A DNA stretch of 64,000 bases from Candidatus Magasanikiibacteriota bacterium (GCA_963840935.1 CAWJAS010000002.1:71333-135332), one strand, 5' to 3'; numbered from the stretch's first letter, positions 1 through 10,552 are shown. Notes: generated from the sequence alone by a model not told the origin. A program made the numbers and translations.

Positions 1-2069
1 ATTACCTTATCAATATTTTCAATTCCCTCGATTGATTTGTGCTCACCCGGTTCGTCTTTGGAACGGAAAAAATGCTTAGACAAAGCACGGCTCAAAATTT
101 CTATTACCAAGGTTGATTTTCCGGAACCGGAAACGCCGGTGACACAAACTAATTTTTTGAGCGGAAAATCTACTGAAATATTTTTTAAATTAAACGCTTT
201 GGCGCCATTAACTCGGATTTTGCTGGATGGCTTTTCGCTTTTATCGCGCGGTAAAACTCTTTTTATTTTCACCCGGCCCGACAAATAATCTCCGGTCAAG
301 GAATTTCTTGATTTTTTTATTTCTGCAAGCGTTCCTTTGGCAACAATTTTTCCGCCATAAACTCCGGCGCCGGGACCCACGTCAATTATATAATCGGCCT
401 TGGCCATTATTGAGGCGTCGTGTTCCACCACAATCACCGTATTGCCCAAATCGCGCAAATAACGCAATGTGTTTATTAATTTATCAATATCGCGAGAATG
501 CAAACCAACAGAGGGTTCGTCCAAAATATATACCACTCCGGTAAGGCCTGATGATAATTGGGTCGACAAGCGAACGCGGGTCACTTCTCCACCCGACAAT
601 GTGTTCATGGCGCGGTCAATACTCAAATAGTCCAAACCAACTCGAGACAGATTAAGCAAGCGATCCAAAATTTCTTTTATAATTGGCGCGGAAATTTGGG
701 CGGACATATTTTGTTTTTCTTTACCCGCGGAAAGCCCCTTGAAAAAAGAGATGCTATCTTCAATATTCATTGACGCGACATCGGCGATATTTTTTGTTTT
801 TATTTTTACGGCCAGCGACTCGGCTTTTAATCGTTTCCCCAAACACAAAGAACAAACCTGCTCGCGCATGTATTGTTCAATTTCTTTGCGAACATATTCG
901 CTGTCCGTGGCCAGATGGCGCGCTCGCAGATCTTCCACCACTCCGCAAAAAACAGTCTTTTTGCCTTCAATTTCATATTGTTCTTTACCCGTGCCATACA
1001 ATATCAAATCCTTAACCGACTTGGGCAAATCGCCAACCGGAACATTAACGGAAAAATTATGCGCTTCCGCCACAGCTGATAATAATTTCTGATACCACGC
1101 TTGATTGCCGGTAATTCGAGTCCACGGCTGAATTGCCCCTTCGGCCAAAGTTAATCTGGGATTGGGCATTACCAAATCAATATCAACTTCCATTGTAAGC
1201 CCAAGACCGGTGCATCTGGGGCACGCGCCCAATGGGCTATTAAAAGAAAAATTGCGAATATCAGGCGGTGGCATCATTTTTCCGCACTTTGAACATAGTC
1301 CGTAATTTGAAAGTGTTTCCGGTTCGCCGTTATATAATAAATCAACCAAGCCATTGCTCAAATCCAAAGCTGTTTCCACCGGCTTCATTGTATCTTGTTT
1401 TTTTATGTTCTCGATTTTTTCCACCAGCAAACTGACGCGGTATTTTTTCTTAGAACTAAAATCATAATTTACCAAATCGTTTATTTTTATAAATTCTCCA
1501 TCCACCCAAACCGTATCGAGCCCTGATTGTTCCACTTCTTCAATCAAATTTTTGGCGTCAACATAATTGTCGCGGACTATGGGCGACATAATAAAACACA
1601 CCCCTTTTCGGGCGTGCGCGCGGGCTTTTTCGGATATTTCACCGGCGGAATAAGCAACGACTTTTTCACCGCATTCCGGACAAAATTGTTCTCCGGCTCG
1701 CGCAAAAAGCAAGCGAAGATAATCATAAATCTCCGTAACCGTGCCCACAGTGGAGCGTGGATTTTGCGTGCTGGCGCGTTGGTCAATGGCAATGGTCGGC
1801 GAAAGTCCGGTCATTGAATCAACGTCCGGCTTGTCGCGCACTTCCATGAATTGCCTGGCGAATGAAGACAGCGACTCGGCGTACCGGCGCTGACCTTCGG
1901 CATAAATTGTGTCAAAGGCAAGAGAAGATTTGCCCGAACCGGAAAGACCGGTAATTACCACGAATTTATTTTTTGGAATCTCAATGTTTATGTTTTTGAG
2001 ATTGTGAACTCGCGCGCCTTTAATAATGATTTTATCTTTGGCGCTTTTATTATTATTGTTTTCGGGCAT
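1..2069 (-). CDS. uvrA: Excinuclease ABC subunit A (UvrA), partial. The N-terminus is at 2069 and the C-terminal part runs off the window start
   Basis: Reverse-complement translation from the ATG at 2069 reads [75 protein letters not shown]...CPECGEKV, i.e. the UvrA N-terminal Walker A and zinc-finger region. Absent from the ORF track only because it is open at the window edge. The plus-strand ORFs listed across 37-1817 are shadow frames. Confidence 0.85.
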   Translation of the reverse strand, partial: MPENNNNKSAKDKIIIKGARVHNLKNINIEIPKNKFVVITGLSGSGKSSLAFDTIYAEGQRRYAESLSSFARQFMEVRDKPDVDSMTGLSPTIAIDQRASTQNPRSTVGTVTEIYDYLRLLFARAGEQFCPECGEKVVAYSAGEISEKARAHARKGVCFIMSPIVRDNYVDAKNLIEEVEQSGLDTVWVDGEFIKINDLVNYDFSSKKKYRVSLLVEKIENIKKQDTMKPVETALDLSNGLVDLLYNGEPETLSNYGLCSKCGKMMPPPDIRNFSFNSPLGACPRCTGLGLTMEVDIDLVMPNPRLTLAEGAIQPWTRITGNQAWYQKLLSAVAEAHNFSVNVPVGDLPKSVKDLILYGTGKEQYEIEGKKTVFCGVVEDLRARHLATDSEYVRKEIEQYMREQVCSLCLGKRLKAESLAVKIKTKNIADVASMNIEDSISFFKGLSAGKEKQNMSAQISAPIIKEILDRLLNLSRVGLDYLSIDRAMNTLSGGEVTRVRLSTQLSSGLTGVVYILDEPSVGLHSRDIDKLINTLRYLRDLGNTVIVVEHDASIMAKADYIIDVGPGAGVYGGKIVAKGTLAEIKKSRNSLTGDYLSGRVKIKRVLPRDKSEKPSSKIRVNGAKAFNLKNISVDFPLKKLVCVTGVSGSGKSTLVIEILSRALSKHFFRSKDEPGEHKSIEGIENIDKV

Positions 2070-2157
2070 ACCGATTTGTTAAGAAGAAATTTTGGCACTT
2101 CATCTTAACACTATATCGGCGAGAAGTCAAGGGCTTTAATGAGAGGGGCTAAAAAAA

Positions 2158-3660
2158 TTATTCAGATAATTTTTGAAGTAATGCTTTCCCGATATCCGAC
2201 AAGGAATCGGAATAATCTGACGCAAGCATTTTAAACATATCTTTATTTACTCCCGCTATTGTACTGTCGCCAAAAATTATGTCAAAACTCAATTTTAACG
2301 CGGTTGAAAATGTTACGTACATTTTAACTTTTGAAGCGTCGGTTTCTTTCAGCATTATGCCACTTCTGATTGATGACAAAGGAATAAACGCTTCATTTTT
2401 TATAATAAATGGATATGTCTTGATTAAAAAGAAAAGACCACCAGCGCCCCAAATCTCTTTTCCATCTTTACCAATAGCTTTATCTTCCCCGACCATATTC
2501 GTACTCATATTTGGAGTAAAATTCATTACCATATAGCCCCCAATAACTTTTGAAGCGTCACCGCATTCTTTTATGGTATTATCCAAATCATCGTCTTCAA
2601 CTCGCAATATATAACCTTGTTTTTTATTTACTTCATCGGTTACAACAGCGCTCGCTTCAACTTCGAGCGATACACTTAACGGCCTTCCTTCAATTTCTTT
2701 TGCGCAAACAAGATATAATTCAATATCGTCATCAATATCTTCCCACTCATCGCCAATTACACTGGAAAGATCAACCCCTCCGTTTAAATTTTTAACTTCA
2801 CCGGCAATTGATGCCTTTCTGCACATATACGGATTATTCGGGTCAACCGGATCGACATTTGTGCACAATCCTCCGTCCTTACCGCATCTATCCCCCCAAC
2901 AAAAAGCTTCTGTCGAAGCTCCGCCAATAAAGAATCTTTGCCCGCACCAAAAATTTTTATCAGCCGGATTATCATGCGGATATTTTAAATTATATGCACT
3001 ATCATTAGTCGCTTTAATTTCATCTTTTTGTTTTTCATGACTCGCGCCAAAAGCAAAATCTGTTTTGGGGTCAAGCTCACGGCACCATTTTGAAGGCAAA
3101 ATTTGCTGACGAATCATATAAACTTGCGGGAGACGCAAATTAACCGTTGCCGGATTAATACTTTGCAAAATGTTGTATGACATGAAAGCGATAAACAAAC
3201 CAATTATCGCGCCGGTTATGCGTTTTTGCGATTGTTTGATTACCTCGCCATTACCCCCGGAAGAAGCCCACTGCGCGCCGGCAATAATAATCATGACAAC
3301 CGCCAAAATACCGATCATTAACAAAGAATAATTATACACGGTCTTAATATAATCGCCGACATTTTTAAATTCTTTACTTCCGCCAAAAGAAACCTGGGCG
3401 ACAGTCGCGTTGGCCGGCAAGCACATGCCCCATCCTTTGGCGTCGCATGGATATTGATTTTCCAGCCAGCCTTCAGACGCTTTGGCGTTGCTTTCACCCA
3501 CAAAATCGGCGCGCGCCTCTTCGCACGCCTTTTGTTCCCAGCAAATCGGATTATATTTTGGCGATAAATCCTCACCCAAAACACTCAAAGGAAAAAACAA
3601 ACCTATTGCAAACGCGAATATAAACAAAACTGCACCGCTTTTTTTATATCTATTTTCCAT
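2158..3660 (-). CDS. Cys-rich secreted/membrane protein of unknown function. A central hydrophobic hairpin (two TM helices with a short G/S/Q-rich connector) is reminiscent of VirB2/TrbC-type pilins
   Basis: 500-aa ORF with an N-terminal signal/TM and many Cys. The segment LLMIGILAVVMIIIAGAQWASSGGNGEVIKQSQKRITGAIIGLFIAFMSY forms the hydrophobic hairpin. No recognisable catalytic motif. Confidence 0.4.
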   Translation of the reverse strand: MENRYKKSGAVLFIFAFAIGLFFPLSVLGEDLSPKYNPICWEQKACEEARADFVGESNAKASEGWLENQYPCDAKGWGMCLPANATVAQVSFGGSKEFKNVGDYIKTVYNYSLLMIGILAVVMIIIAGAQWASSGGNGEVIKQSQKRITGAIIGLFIAFMSYNILQSINPATVNLRLPQVYMIRQQILPSKWCRELDPKTDFAFGASHEKQKDEIKATNDSAYNLKYPHDNPADKNFWCGQRFFIGGASTEAFCWGDRCGKDGGLCTNVDPVDPNNPYMCRKASIAGEVKNLNGGVDLSSVIGDEWEDIDDDIELYLVCAKEIEGRPLSVSLEVEASAVVTDEVNKKQGYILRVEDDDLDNTIKECGDASKVIGGYMVMNFTPNMSTNMVGEDKAIGKDGKEIWGAGGLFFLIKTYPFIIKNEAFIPLSSIRSGIMLKETDASKVKMYVTFSTALKLSFDIIFGDSTIAGVNKDMFKMLASDYSDSLSDIGKALLQKLSE

Positions 3661-4492
3661 ATTGAGTAATTATTGTTTCCCAATTTTCAAATGGCACGGA
3701 ACCGGCCAAAATACGGCCGTTAATAAAATAAGTCGGCGTGCCTTTGCTTATGCCATAAAAATTGCCGTCGCTAAAATCTTTTCGCGCCTCAAGACCACCG
3801 CGGTCACTCGACACGCATTCCCGCATTTTTTGTTTATCAATCCCATATTCGTCAGATAAATTATCAACTGTTTCCATCGGAAAATCAGCCGGCAAAGTAT
3901 CTTGGTTGGCAAAAAAATATGAAGCAAAAGCCCAATACGCCCCCTGTTCATGGGCGCACTCGGCAATAGCCGACAGCTTTGTGGTGCCCGGATAAGTGAA
4001 TTCAACCGGAAAATTTTTGAAGATTATTTTTACTTTTTGCCCGTACTTGGCGACCACTTGTTTTAATACGTCATCCTGCGCTTTGCAAAAAGGGCATTTA
4101 AAATCAAAAAAAGCGACAATAATCAACGGCGCTTCCGGATTACCCAAAAACGGATCATCGCCATTTTCCAAAGCCGCTCTAATAGCCAAAATCTCTGCGG
4201 TTTCTTGGTAGGCTATTTGTGGATAGAATTTGGTTTGCAGTTCGGCTCCTCGGCCGGATTTTACTAAACGCCAATAATTAAATATTAAAAAACCCAAAGC
4301 CAGAGCAACAACCAGCGCCAAATAAAAAACAATAATAAGAGTCGTCCCCCACCATGTTTTATACCAATGTTTTTTTTCTTGTATCGGCTCAATCATACAT
4401 AACATTATTTTATCATATAACATCTTTAAAGCCAATTGTGAATTGACAACCAAGCCGGCTGATGATATACTGTTTTTACTGATTTTTAACAA
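3650..4492 (-). CDS. Membrane-anchored DsbA-like thiol:disulfide oxidoreductase (thioredoxin fold)
   Basis: 280-aa ORF with an N-terminal TM helix, then FFDFKCPFCKAQ. This is a CPFC (CxxC) thioredoxin-type active site in DsbA-like context. Confidence 0.75.
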   Translation of the reverse strand: MLKISKNSISSAGLVVNSQLALKMLYDKIMLCMIEPIQEKKHWYKTWWGTTLIIVFYLALVVALALGFLIFNYWRLVKSGRGAELQTKFYPQIAYQETAEILAIRAALENGDDPFLGNPEAPLIIVAFFDFKCPFCKAQDDVLKQVVAKYGQKVKIIFKNFPVEFTYPGTTKLSAIAECAHEQGAYWAFASYFFANQDTLPADFPMETVDNLSDEYGIDKQKMRECVSSDRGGLEARKDFSDGNFYGISKGTPTYFINGRILAGSVPFENWETIITQYGK

Positions 4493-4506
4493 ATATCAAA
4501 CATCAT

Positions 4507-4725
4507 ATGAACAGTTCTCTGTCTAATATTATCCAGATAATACTTTCAATTCTGCTGATTGCGGTAATTTTGCTTCAGCAAAAAAGCTCCGGCGTGGGCG
4601 GTGTATTCGGGGGCTCTTCAAATGTTTACAGCACCAAGCGCGGAGTGGATAAAATTCTATTTTACGCGACCATCGTTATTTCTATTCTCTTCTTCGGATT
4701 TTCGCTCTCTCGGCTTTTCTTCTAA
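4507..4725 (+). CDS. secG: Preprotein translocase subunit SecG
   Basis: 72-aa two-TM protein with the characteristic LLQQKSSGVGGVFGGSS...KRGVDKIL pattern of SecG. Confidence 0.6.
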   Translation: MNSSLSNIIQIILSILLIAVILLQQKSSGVGGVFGGSSNVYSTKRGVDKILFYATIVISILFFGFSLSRLFF

Positions 4726-4773
4726 TAAACGGGCCCGCGAAACAATTGATTTTTTCGCCTTAATCAAGCGAAC

Positions 4774-6711
4774 ATGGATTGGAAAAACATCATCAGAAAA
4801 AAAACAAAAAGCGAACCGCGTCCGGTGGTTCGTGATTTTGATTCCAAACTGGTAAAAAAACTGCGTCATAAATTTTTTCCCAACTGGCGCCAATTTTCAT
4901 ATATCGGCAAATTTCTTTCCGGCATTGAAAAAATTATTATTATCACCGCCTCTTTGGTAATTGTGGCATCGTTCGTTGGTTGGGCTATTGTTTCGGTGCC
5001 AAAACATTTTTCCTTCACCCCAAAATCCGGCGGAGAATATACCGAAGCTTTAATCGGCCAACCAAAAATGATAAACCCAATTTTTGACTCGGCCAATGAT
5101 GTTGACGCTGATATCACCCCGTTAATTTACGCCAAATTATTCAGAATCGGCGACAATCAAAAAATGATTCCTGAACTGGCGGTGTCATATTCCGTGAGCG
5201 AAGACAATAAAACATACACAATCAAACTCCGTGAAGATGCCGTTTGGACCGACGGAGAAAAAATCGATGCCGATGATGTGGTGTTTACTTTTGACACAAT
5301 CCAAAATCCGGAAATCAGTAGCCCGCTTTATCCGGCTTTTAACGGAGTAAAAATAGAAAAATTAAGCCAATTTGAGGTCAGCTTTATTCTCAAAGAATCA
5401 TATGCGCCTTTTGTGTCGAGTCTTGCTGTTGGCATTATTCCCGAACATGTTTTTGGGTTGATCGCGCCAACCAATTTGCGCATTGCCAAAGAAAACCTGC
5501 AACCAAAAGTTGTTTCCGGTGCCTTTAAATTTTCCAAGATGACCAAAAATGAAAGTGGTATTGAAACATACACACTTGAAAGAAACGAAAGATATTTCGG
5601 TTCATTCCCGCACATCAAAAAAATCACTTTCAAATTTTATCAAGATTTTGCACCCGCGGCCGATGCTTTAAAAACTCGCAATTTTATGGGATTGGCTTTT
5701 GTCCCAAGCAATTTAGTCAAATCTTATGGCGGTAAAAATTACTATTCCTACCAATTGAGATTGCCCCAATACTCCGCTTTATTTTTCAATCAAAGTTTTT
5801 CATTATATAAAGATTACGATATCAGAGTGGCTTTGGCCAAAGCGATTGACCGTCCAATTGTGATGCAAACCGCCTTGGGCGAACAAGGTGAAATCATCAA
5901 CGGACCAATTCTTTCGGGATTTATCGGTTATCATTCGGACATTGCAAAGATTGAATACAACGCCGATGAAGCGGCCGAGTTATTGGATAAAACATGGCCG
6001 AGAATTAACCCTGAAGATTATTTTGCCTTGCGCCGAGATGCCATTGTTAAAGAGCGTGAAGAAGAAATAACGAGTTTGCCGGATTATGAAACCAATTCCA
6101 CCACTTTGCGCGAAGAATTAACCGCTTCAGTTGAAGAAACCGTACGCGCCACCATGCGACCGGACCAAACCTATTACCGGAAAAATGAAAAGGGGCAAAT
6201 CTTGACTGTCACCGTCACCACGGCGAACACGCCCGAGTATCAAGCGGCCGTTGAATCAATCGCTTTGATGTGGCGGGCAATCGGTGTGCAAACCAATGTA
6301 AAAATTGTGGACGGAAGACAAATCAGCCGTGAGGTTCTTCGAGGCAGGCAATTTGAAATTTTGCTTTATGGAGAAATTCTTGGCAATGACCCCGACCCAT
6401 ATCCGTTTTGGCATTCTTCGCAAACAGAATCCCCGGGTTTGAATTTGGCGGGATTTACCGACCGCAATGTTGATAAAATTTTGGAAGATGCGAGAACCGC
6501 CACTTCATCGGCAATCCGCGACGAGCTATATAAAAAATTTCAAGATACCATTGTTAAAGATCTGCCGGCGATTTTCTTATACGCGCCGACTTATGAATAT
6601 TTGATAGACAAAGAAGTTAAGGGAGTGGAAATTAACAATATTTATTCCCCCGCGGGGAGGTTCAATAATATCGCTAACTGGTTTATAAAAACCAAATGGA
6701 GCTGGAAATAA
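4774..6711 (+). CDS. ABC transporter substrate-binding protein, family 5 (peptide/nickel type), membrane-anchored
   Basis: 645 aa with an N-terminal TM anchor. Overall OppA/DppA-like architecture with typical family-5 SBP blocks (KLFRIGDNQKMIPELAVSY...KLREDAVWTDGEKIDADDVVFTFD). Confidence 0.65.
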   Translation: MDWKNIIRKKTKSEPRPVVRDFDSKLVKKLRHKFFPNWRQFSYIGKFLSGIEKIIIITASLVIVASFVGWAIVSVPKHFSFTPKSGGEYTEALIGQPKMINPIFDSANDVDADITPLIYAKLFRIGDNQKMIPELAVSYSVSEDNKTYTIKLREDAVWTDGEKIDADDVVFTFDTIQNPEISSPLYPAFNGVKIEKLSQFEVSFILKESYAPFVSSLAVGIIPEHVFGLIAPTNLRIAKENLQPKVVSGAFKFSKMTKNESGIETYTLERNERYFGSFPHIKKITFKFYQDFAPAADALKTRNFMGLAFVPSNLVKSYGGKNYYSYQLRLPQYSALFFNQSFSLYKDYDIRVALAKAIDRPIVMQTALGEQGEIINGPILSGFIGYHSDIAKIEYNADEAAELLDKTWPRINPEDYFALRRDAIVKEREEEITSLPDYETNSTTLREELTASVEETVRATMRPDQTYYRKNEKGQILTVTVTTANTPEYQAAVESIALMWRAIGVQTNVKIVDGRQISREVLRGRQFEILLYGEILGNDPDPYPFWHSSQTESPGLNLAGFTDRNVDKILEDARTATSSAIRDELYKKFQDTIVKDLPAIFLYAPTYEYLIDKEVKGVEINNIYSPAGRFNNIANWFIKTKWSWK

Positions 6712-6814
6712 TTGACAAAACCTCTATTTTGTGGTATAATACCTTATTATTTGACTTCTTTTTCGCAAAACATTGGGCCAAAATGCGTGTTTTTGCGTTA
6801 ATTATTAAATAAAA

Positions 6815-6896
6815 GCGGACGTGGCGGAACTGGTATACGCGTACGTCTCAGAAGCGTATGGCTTCGGCCTTGAGAGTTCGAGTCTCTCCGTCCGCA
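6815..6896 (+). tRNA. tRNA-Leu (anticodon CAG), type II with long variable arm
   Basis: Cloverleaf: acceptor GCGGACG/CGTCCGC, anticodon stem TACGT/GCGTA with loop CTCAGAA, variable-arm hairpin GGCTTCGGCC, T-arm GAGAG-TTCGAGT-CTCTC, discriminator A. CCA not encoded. Confidence 0.85.
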
Positions 6897-6902
6897 CAAA
6901 TT

Positions 6903-6951
6903 CAATTCCGTAAGCCCCGAGTTCATCTCGGGGCAAGTCGAAGCGGAATTG
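6903..6951. repeat. Nested inverted-repeat hairpin immediately 3' of tRNA-Leu
   Basis: Outer arms caattccg / cggaattg and inner arms gccccgag / ctcggggc. Seen directly. Confidence 0.5.
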
Positions 6952-6997
6952 CTTTCTTCATTTATTATTCATCTAATTAATTACTTTTAACCAACTT

Positions 6998-8788
6998 ATG
7001 ATTTTTAAATCAAATAAGCCATCCGGCCACAACAGTCGTTCCAGACGAACTTACGGAACCCGCCGGACGGAAAAACCCGCGCCCGTTTCAAATGAGCGCC
7101 AATCGTTTTCGCGTTTTCGCGGAACCGAAACCAAACTTCGAGTAGCCGTGCTTGGCGGTCTTGAAGAAGTCGGACGCAATTGCACCATGATTGAATATAA
7201 TGGCGACATTATTTTAATCGACATGGGATTGCAATTCCCCGAAGAAGACATGCCCGGAATTGATTACATTATTCCCAACATGGGCTATCTCAAAGGAAAA
7301 GAAAAAAACATCCGCGGAGTGATTATCACTCACGCCCACTACGACCACATCGGCGGAATCCCCCATTTGATTCCTGATTTGGGCTACCCGCCAATTTATG
7401 GCCTGCCTTTGACCACGGCCATTATCAAAAAAAGACAAGATGATTACAAAAATTTGAAACCTTTAAACATCCACAACGTTAAACTGGATGACAAATTGCG
7501 CCTTGGGTCTTTTGAAGTGGAATTTTTTCATTTGAACCACAACATTCCCGATTCCATGGGTGTGGTCATTCATACTCCGGAAGGAACAATTGTCCATTCG
7601 GGCGACTGGAAATTTGACTACCAACCAGTCGGCGAACCGCCGGCTGACTTACAGCGCATCGCTCAAATCGGCTCTGCCGGTGTTTTGGCTTTGCTTTCCG
7701 ACTCAACCAACGCCTCTCATTTGGGGCATCAAACATCTGAATCAGAAATCAGCACCAACCTTGAAGAAATCGTCACCAAAGCTCCGGGCCGATTAATTAT
7801 TGGCACATTTGCTTCTCTGCTTTCGCGTATTCGCCAAATTATTGAAATCGCGGAAAAGCACGGCAAAGTCGTGGCGCTTGACGGATTCTCTATGAAAAGT
7901 AACATCGCCATCGCCAAGGAACTCGGCTACATGAAATTCAATCCAAAAACTTTGATTGAACTGCACAAAATTCATGATTACCCGGATGATAAAGTAGTGG
8001 TTATGTGCACCGGCGCGCAAGGCGAAAAAAACGCCTCGCTCATGCGCATCGCGAACGGCGAACACCGTATGATTAAATTGGTGCCGGGCGATACTGTTGT
8101 GTTCTCATCTTCGGTAATTCCGGGCAATGAACGAACCGTCCAACGACTCAAAGACACGCTCTTCCGCAAAGGAGCGGAGGTAATCCATTATCAAATGATG
8201 GACGTGCATGCCGGAGGCCACGCCAAAGCCGATGACGTTAAATTGATGGTGCGCCTCATCAATCCAAAATATTTTGTGCCGATTGAAGGCAATCATCATC
8301 TTTTGCACTACAACGCCAAAACTGTGGAATCACTTGGCTTCCCCAAAGAAAATATTTTTATTGCCGATAACGGGCAAGTGATGGAATTTTCGCGCGGAAT
8401 CGGCAAACTGACCAAAGAAAAAGTGCCGGCCGATTATGTGTTCGTTGATGGGCTTGGCGTGTCTGATGAAACCAATGTGGTGCTTCGCGACCGCCAGATG
8501 CTTGCGGAAGACGGAATGATTGTGGTTATCGCCACGGTCAATTCCAAAACCGGACAGTTGATTCAAAACCCGGATATAATTTCGCGTGGATTTGTTTTTC
8601 TCAAAGAAAACAAAGAACTAATTGAAGACCTGCGCCACAGAGTAAAAAAATTGATTCATGATTCCGACCCGCTTTCATGGGCCGATACCAACAACATCAA
8701 AAACAAAATCAGGGATTATGTCGGGCAGTTTTTGTTCTCAAAGACAGAAAAAAGACCGATGGTTCTTCCCGTTGTTATTGAAGTGTAA
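6998..8788 (+). CDS. rnj: Ribonuclease J (metallo-beta-lactamase / beta-CASP RNase)
   Basis: 596 aa. HAHYDHIGG metallo-beta-lactamase motif, an RNase J-like N-terminal block (VLGGLEEVGRNCTMIEY...DMGLQFPEED) and a beta-CASP region. Confidence 0.85.
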   Translation: MIFKSNKPSGHNSRSRRTYGTRRTEKPAPVSNERQSFSRFRGTETKLRVAVLGGLEEVGRNCTMIEYNGDIILIDMGLQFPEEDMPGIDYIIPNMGYLKGKEKNIRGVIITHAHYDHIGGIPHLIPDLGYPPIYGLPLTTAIIKKRQDDYKNLKPLNIHNVKLDDKLRLGSFEVEFFHLNHNIPDSMGVVIHTPEGTIVHSGDWKFDYQPVGEPPADLQRIAQIGSAGVLALLSDSTNASHLGHQTSESEISTNLEEIVTKAPGRLIIGTFASLLSRIRQIIEIAEKHGKVVALDGFSMKSNIAIAKELGYMKFNPKTLIELHKIHDYPDDKVVVMCTGAQGEKNASLMRIANGEHRMIKLVPGDTVVFSSSVIPGNERTVQRLKDTLFRKGAEVIHYQMMDVHAGGHAKADDVKLMVRLINPKYFVPIEGNHHLLHYNAKTVESLGFPKENIFIADNGQVMEFSRGIGKLTKEKVPADYVFVDGLGVSDETNVVLRDRQMLAEDGMIVVIATVNSKTGQLIQNPDIISRGFVFLKENKELIEDLRHRVKKLIHDSDPLSWADTNNIKNKIRDYVGQFLFSKTEKRPMVLPVVIEV

Positions 8789-8805
8789 AAATTTCTGTTA
8801 AAAAA

Positions 8806-8832
8806 CTCACCCCGAAAGGGGTGAGTTTTTTT
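8806..8832. terminator. Rho-independent terminator (bidirectional: RNase J on +, RNase P RNA on -)
   Basis: Hairpin ctcacccc-gaaa-ggggtgag followed by T7 on the plus strand. An A-run precedes it, so it reads as hairpin plus T5 on the minus strand too. Confidence 0.75.
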
Positions 8833-9272
8833 GTTCATTATAATAAGCCGAATTTTGTCCGGCTCCGCTACGCTACGCCGGACAAGTTATCTTTTGCAAA
8901 AATAACCGTCCATGTGTAACTTTGGCGAAACCGATGCAATCATTTATCTGTCGCGTAAATTACTCTACACGATCAAGCGAGCTAACTTTCTGAATCCCGA
9001 TAAAATATCGGAAAACATTGCTCTTGCACGCAGGTAAGGATTTTGCCGTTTCACCTTCAATCTTTTATCCCCTTGATTGAAGCTAAGCTCGTTTATGATT
9101 AACACAAACTTGGGGTTTGCTTTCTTTTGTCTTTCGACAAAAGACGTCTCTGCTCGCACCTCTCGGATTGCTCCGGACGGGCGTTACCCGCTACCCTGCT
9201 CCTCGGCTTGCGCCAAGGACGTGTTCGGACTTTCCTCCATGTAAAAATACACAGCGATTGCTTGTAATGAAC
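8833..9272 (-). ncRNA. rnpB: RNase P RNA (rnpB); ends approximate
   Basis: The minus-strand transcript contains universally conserved RNase P RNA blocks: GGAGGAAAGUCCG, CAGGGUAGCGGGUAACGCC, AGCAAACCCC, GAAGGUGAAACGGC and UCAGAAAGUUAGC. A putative P1 pairs GGUUCAUUA with UAAUGAAC. A consensus promoter lies just upstream on the minus strand. The overlapping 177-aa minus ORF 9099..9632 is treated as spurious. Confidence 0.65.
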
Positions 9273-9278
9273 CATATT

Positions 9279-9307
9279 ATTATAGCATATTTTAGCAGTT
9301 TTGTCAA
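9279..9307 (-). promoter_or_regulatory. Sigma70-type promoter for RNase P RNA (TTGACA-17-TATAAT on minus strand)
   Basis: The minus strand reads ttgacaaaactgctaaaatatgctataat. It is nearly identical (26/29) to the plus-strand promoter at 23647..23675. Confidence 0.6.
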
Positions 9308-9317
9308 CGGTGAGGGA

Positions 9318-9345
9318 TTGACAATTCACCAAAAAATGATAATCT
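9318..9345 (+). promoter_or_regulatory. Sigma70-type promoter for the dGTPase-like gene (TTGACA-16-TAATCT)
   Basis: ttgacaattcaccaaaaaatgataatct, then an AAGGAGG Shine-Dalgarno before the ATG at 9369. Its -35 lies back-to-back with the rnpB promoter -35, only 11 bp apart. Confidence 0.5.
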
Positions 9346-9368
9346 AGCCAAAGCAAAAAGGAGGAAAA

Positions 9369-10436
9369 ATGGAACCACAAGCTCTTTACAAAAAACTGGA
9401 AAAAATAAAAGGATGTCTGAAAGACAGCGCCATTTCGCAAACGAACGCGCGCCGACGATGGCACCGCGAATTTGACGTGGATGAATTCTTGGGACCGGCA
9501 AGCGGTGAATACATTTTGGACTTGTATAAACTGCACCAAAGCAAGGCGATGCGACGGCTCTCGGCCAAAACCCAGGTCTTCCCCGACCCCAAAAACAATC
9601 GCCATATCAGAACTCGTCTGATTCACACTCAAGAAGTGGCGAGCATTGCCGGAGTGATTTCAGAAATTCTCGGATTGAATACTTCTCTCACTCAGGCCAT
9701 CGCCTTTGGCCACGACATCGGCCACACGCCGTTTGGGCACATTGGCGAAGAATTCATCGCCGAGAAAACCGGCAAAAAATTTCGGCACGAAATATTCGCC
9801 TGCGTTATTGCCCAGCACATTGAACGAGAAGGTCGCGGGCTCAACCTGACGCTCGACACGCTCAAAGGAATATCCGCGCATTCTCGGGGCAAAAGCGAAA
9901 TGACATCGTCTTTTATTTCGGCCGAAGCCGATATAGTAATGTATGCCGATAAAATCGCTTACTGTTTTTCTGATGTGAGTGACATTTTCACTCGCGGATA
10001 TTTAAACATCAACGATTATCCCGAGATCCGCGAACTTAGCGACTGGTTCGGTAATTTCCAGCGTATCCGCACGGGTCGGTGCATTGCCGCGCTCTGCGTG
10101 GAATCGGCCGACGTCGGTAAGGTGGCGTTTTCTGAATCTGAAGAAGCAAAACACTTCATCACTCTCAAAAACGCCATGTACACGGCCTACCCCAAGCTCA
10201 ATCGCCATTTGATTCTTTCTCCGATTCTTGACCAGGTTTATAATTTAATCTCCGGAATCGAAAATATTGACCCGGCCGTGCTTCTGGCGCTCATGACCGA
10301 CTACGAAGTCATGCTTTTGAGCCAAACCGAGGCGCGGGACCTTGGGCGCGTCATAGACACCTTTTCGGTTAGCGAAATCATGCCTTTTATCCGCAAAAGG
10401 CAGATTGATTTCACGAACCCGGATCTTGATTGGTAG
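9369..10436 (+). CDS. HD-domain phosphohydrolase, dGTP triphosphohydrolase (Dgt)-like
   Basis: 355 aa. HTQEVASIAG...AFGHDIGHTPFGH carries the HD-domain H...HD motif. The short architecture is typical of dGTPase-like proteins. Confidence 0.65.
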   Translation: MEPQALYKKLEKIKGCLKDSAISQTNARRRWHREFDVDEFLGPASGEYILDLYKLHQSKAMRRLSAKTQVFPDPKNNRHIRTRLIHTQEVASIAGVISEILGLNTSLTQAIAFGHDIGHTPFGHIGEEFIAEKTGKKFRHEIFACVIAQHIEREGRGLNLTLDTLKGISAHSRGKSEMTSSFISAEADIVMYADKIAYCFSDVSDIFTRGYLNINDYPEIRELSDWFGNFQRIRTGRCIAALCVESADVGKVAFSESEEAKHFITLKNAMYTAYPKLNRHLILSPILDQVYNLISGIENIDPAVLLALMTDYEVMLLSQTEARDLGRVIDTFSVSEIMPFIRKRQIDFTNPDLDW

Positions 10437-10452
10437 TTCATTTTTCGCCCCG

Positions 10453-10482
10453 CCGGACGCCCAAAAAGCGTCCGGTTTTTTA
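10453..10482 (+). terminator. Rho-independent terminator
   Basis: ccggacgc-ccaaaaa-gcgtccgg followed by tttttt. Confidence 0.75.
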
Positions 10483-10511
10483 TTGACTCCAATGCGGAAA
10501 AAGCGTAAAAT
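10483..10511 (+). promoter_or_regulatory. Sigma70-type promoter for the polysaccharide locus (TTGACT-17-TAAAAT)
   Basis: ttgactccaatgcggaaaaagcgtaaaat, ~40 bp upstream of the 10553 start. Confidence 0.45.
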
Positions 10512-10552
10512 AAAAGCATTATTTATCCTGTTAATCTGAATAAAAAATAAGT

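Noticed and set aside
37-1817. Several 60-120-aa plus-strand ORFs and a 71-aa minus-strand ORF across the first 2 kb
   Set aside because: They are shadow frames of the minus-strand uvrA gene. uvrA translates continuously with strong UvrA homology but is open at the window edge, so it is missing from the track.
9099-9632. 177-aa minus-strand ORF and 76-aa plus ORF overlapping 9100..9350
   Set aside because: They overlap the RNase P RNA gene and its promoter and are low-complexity. The region is better explained as a non-coding RNA.
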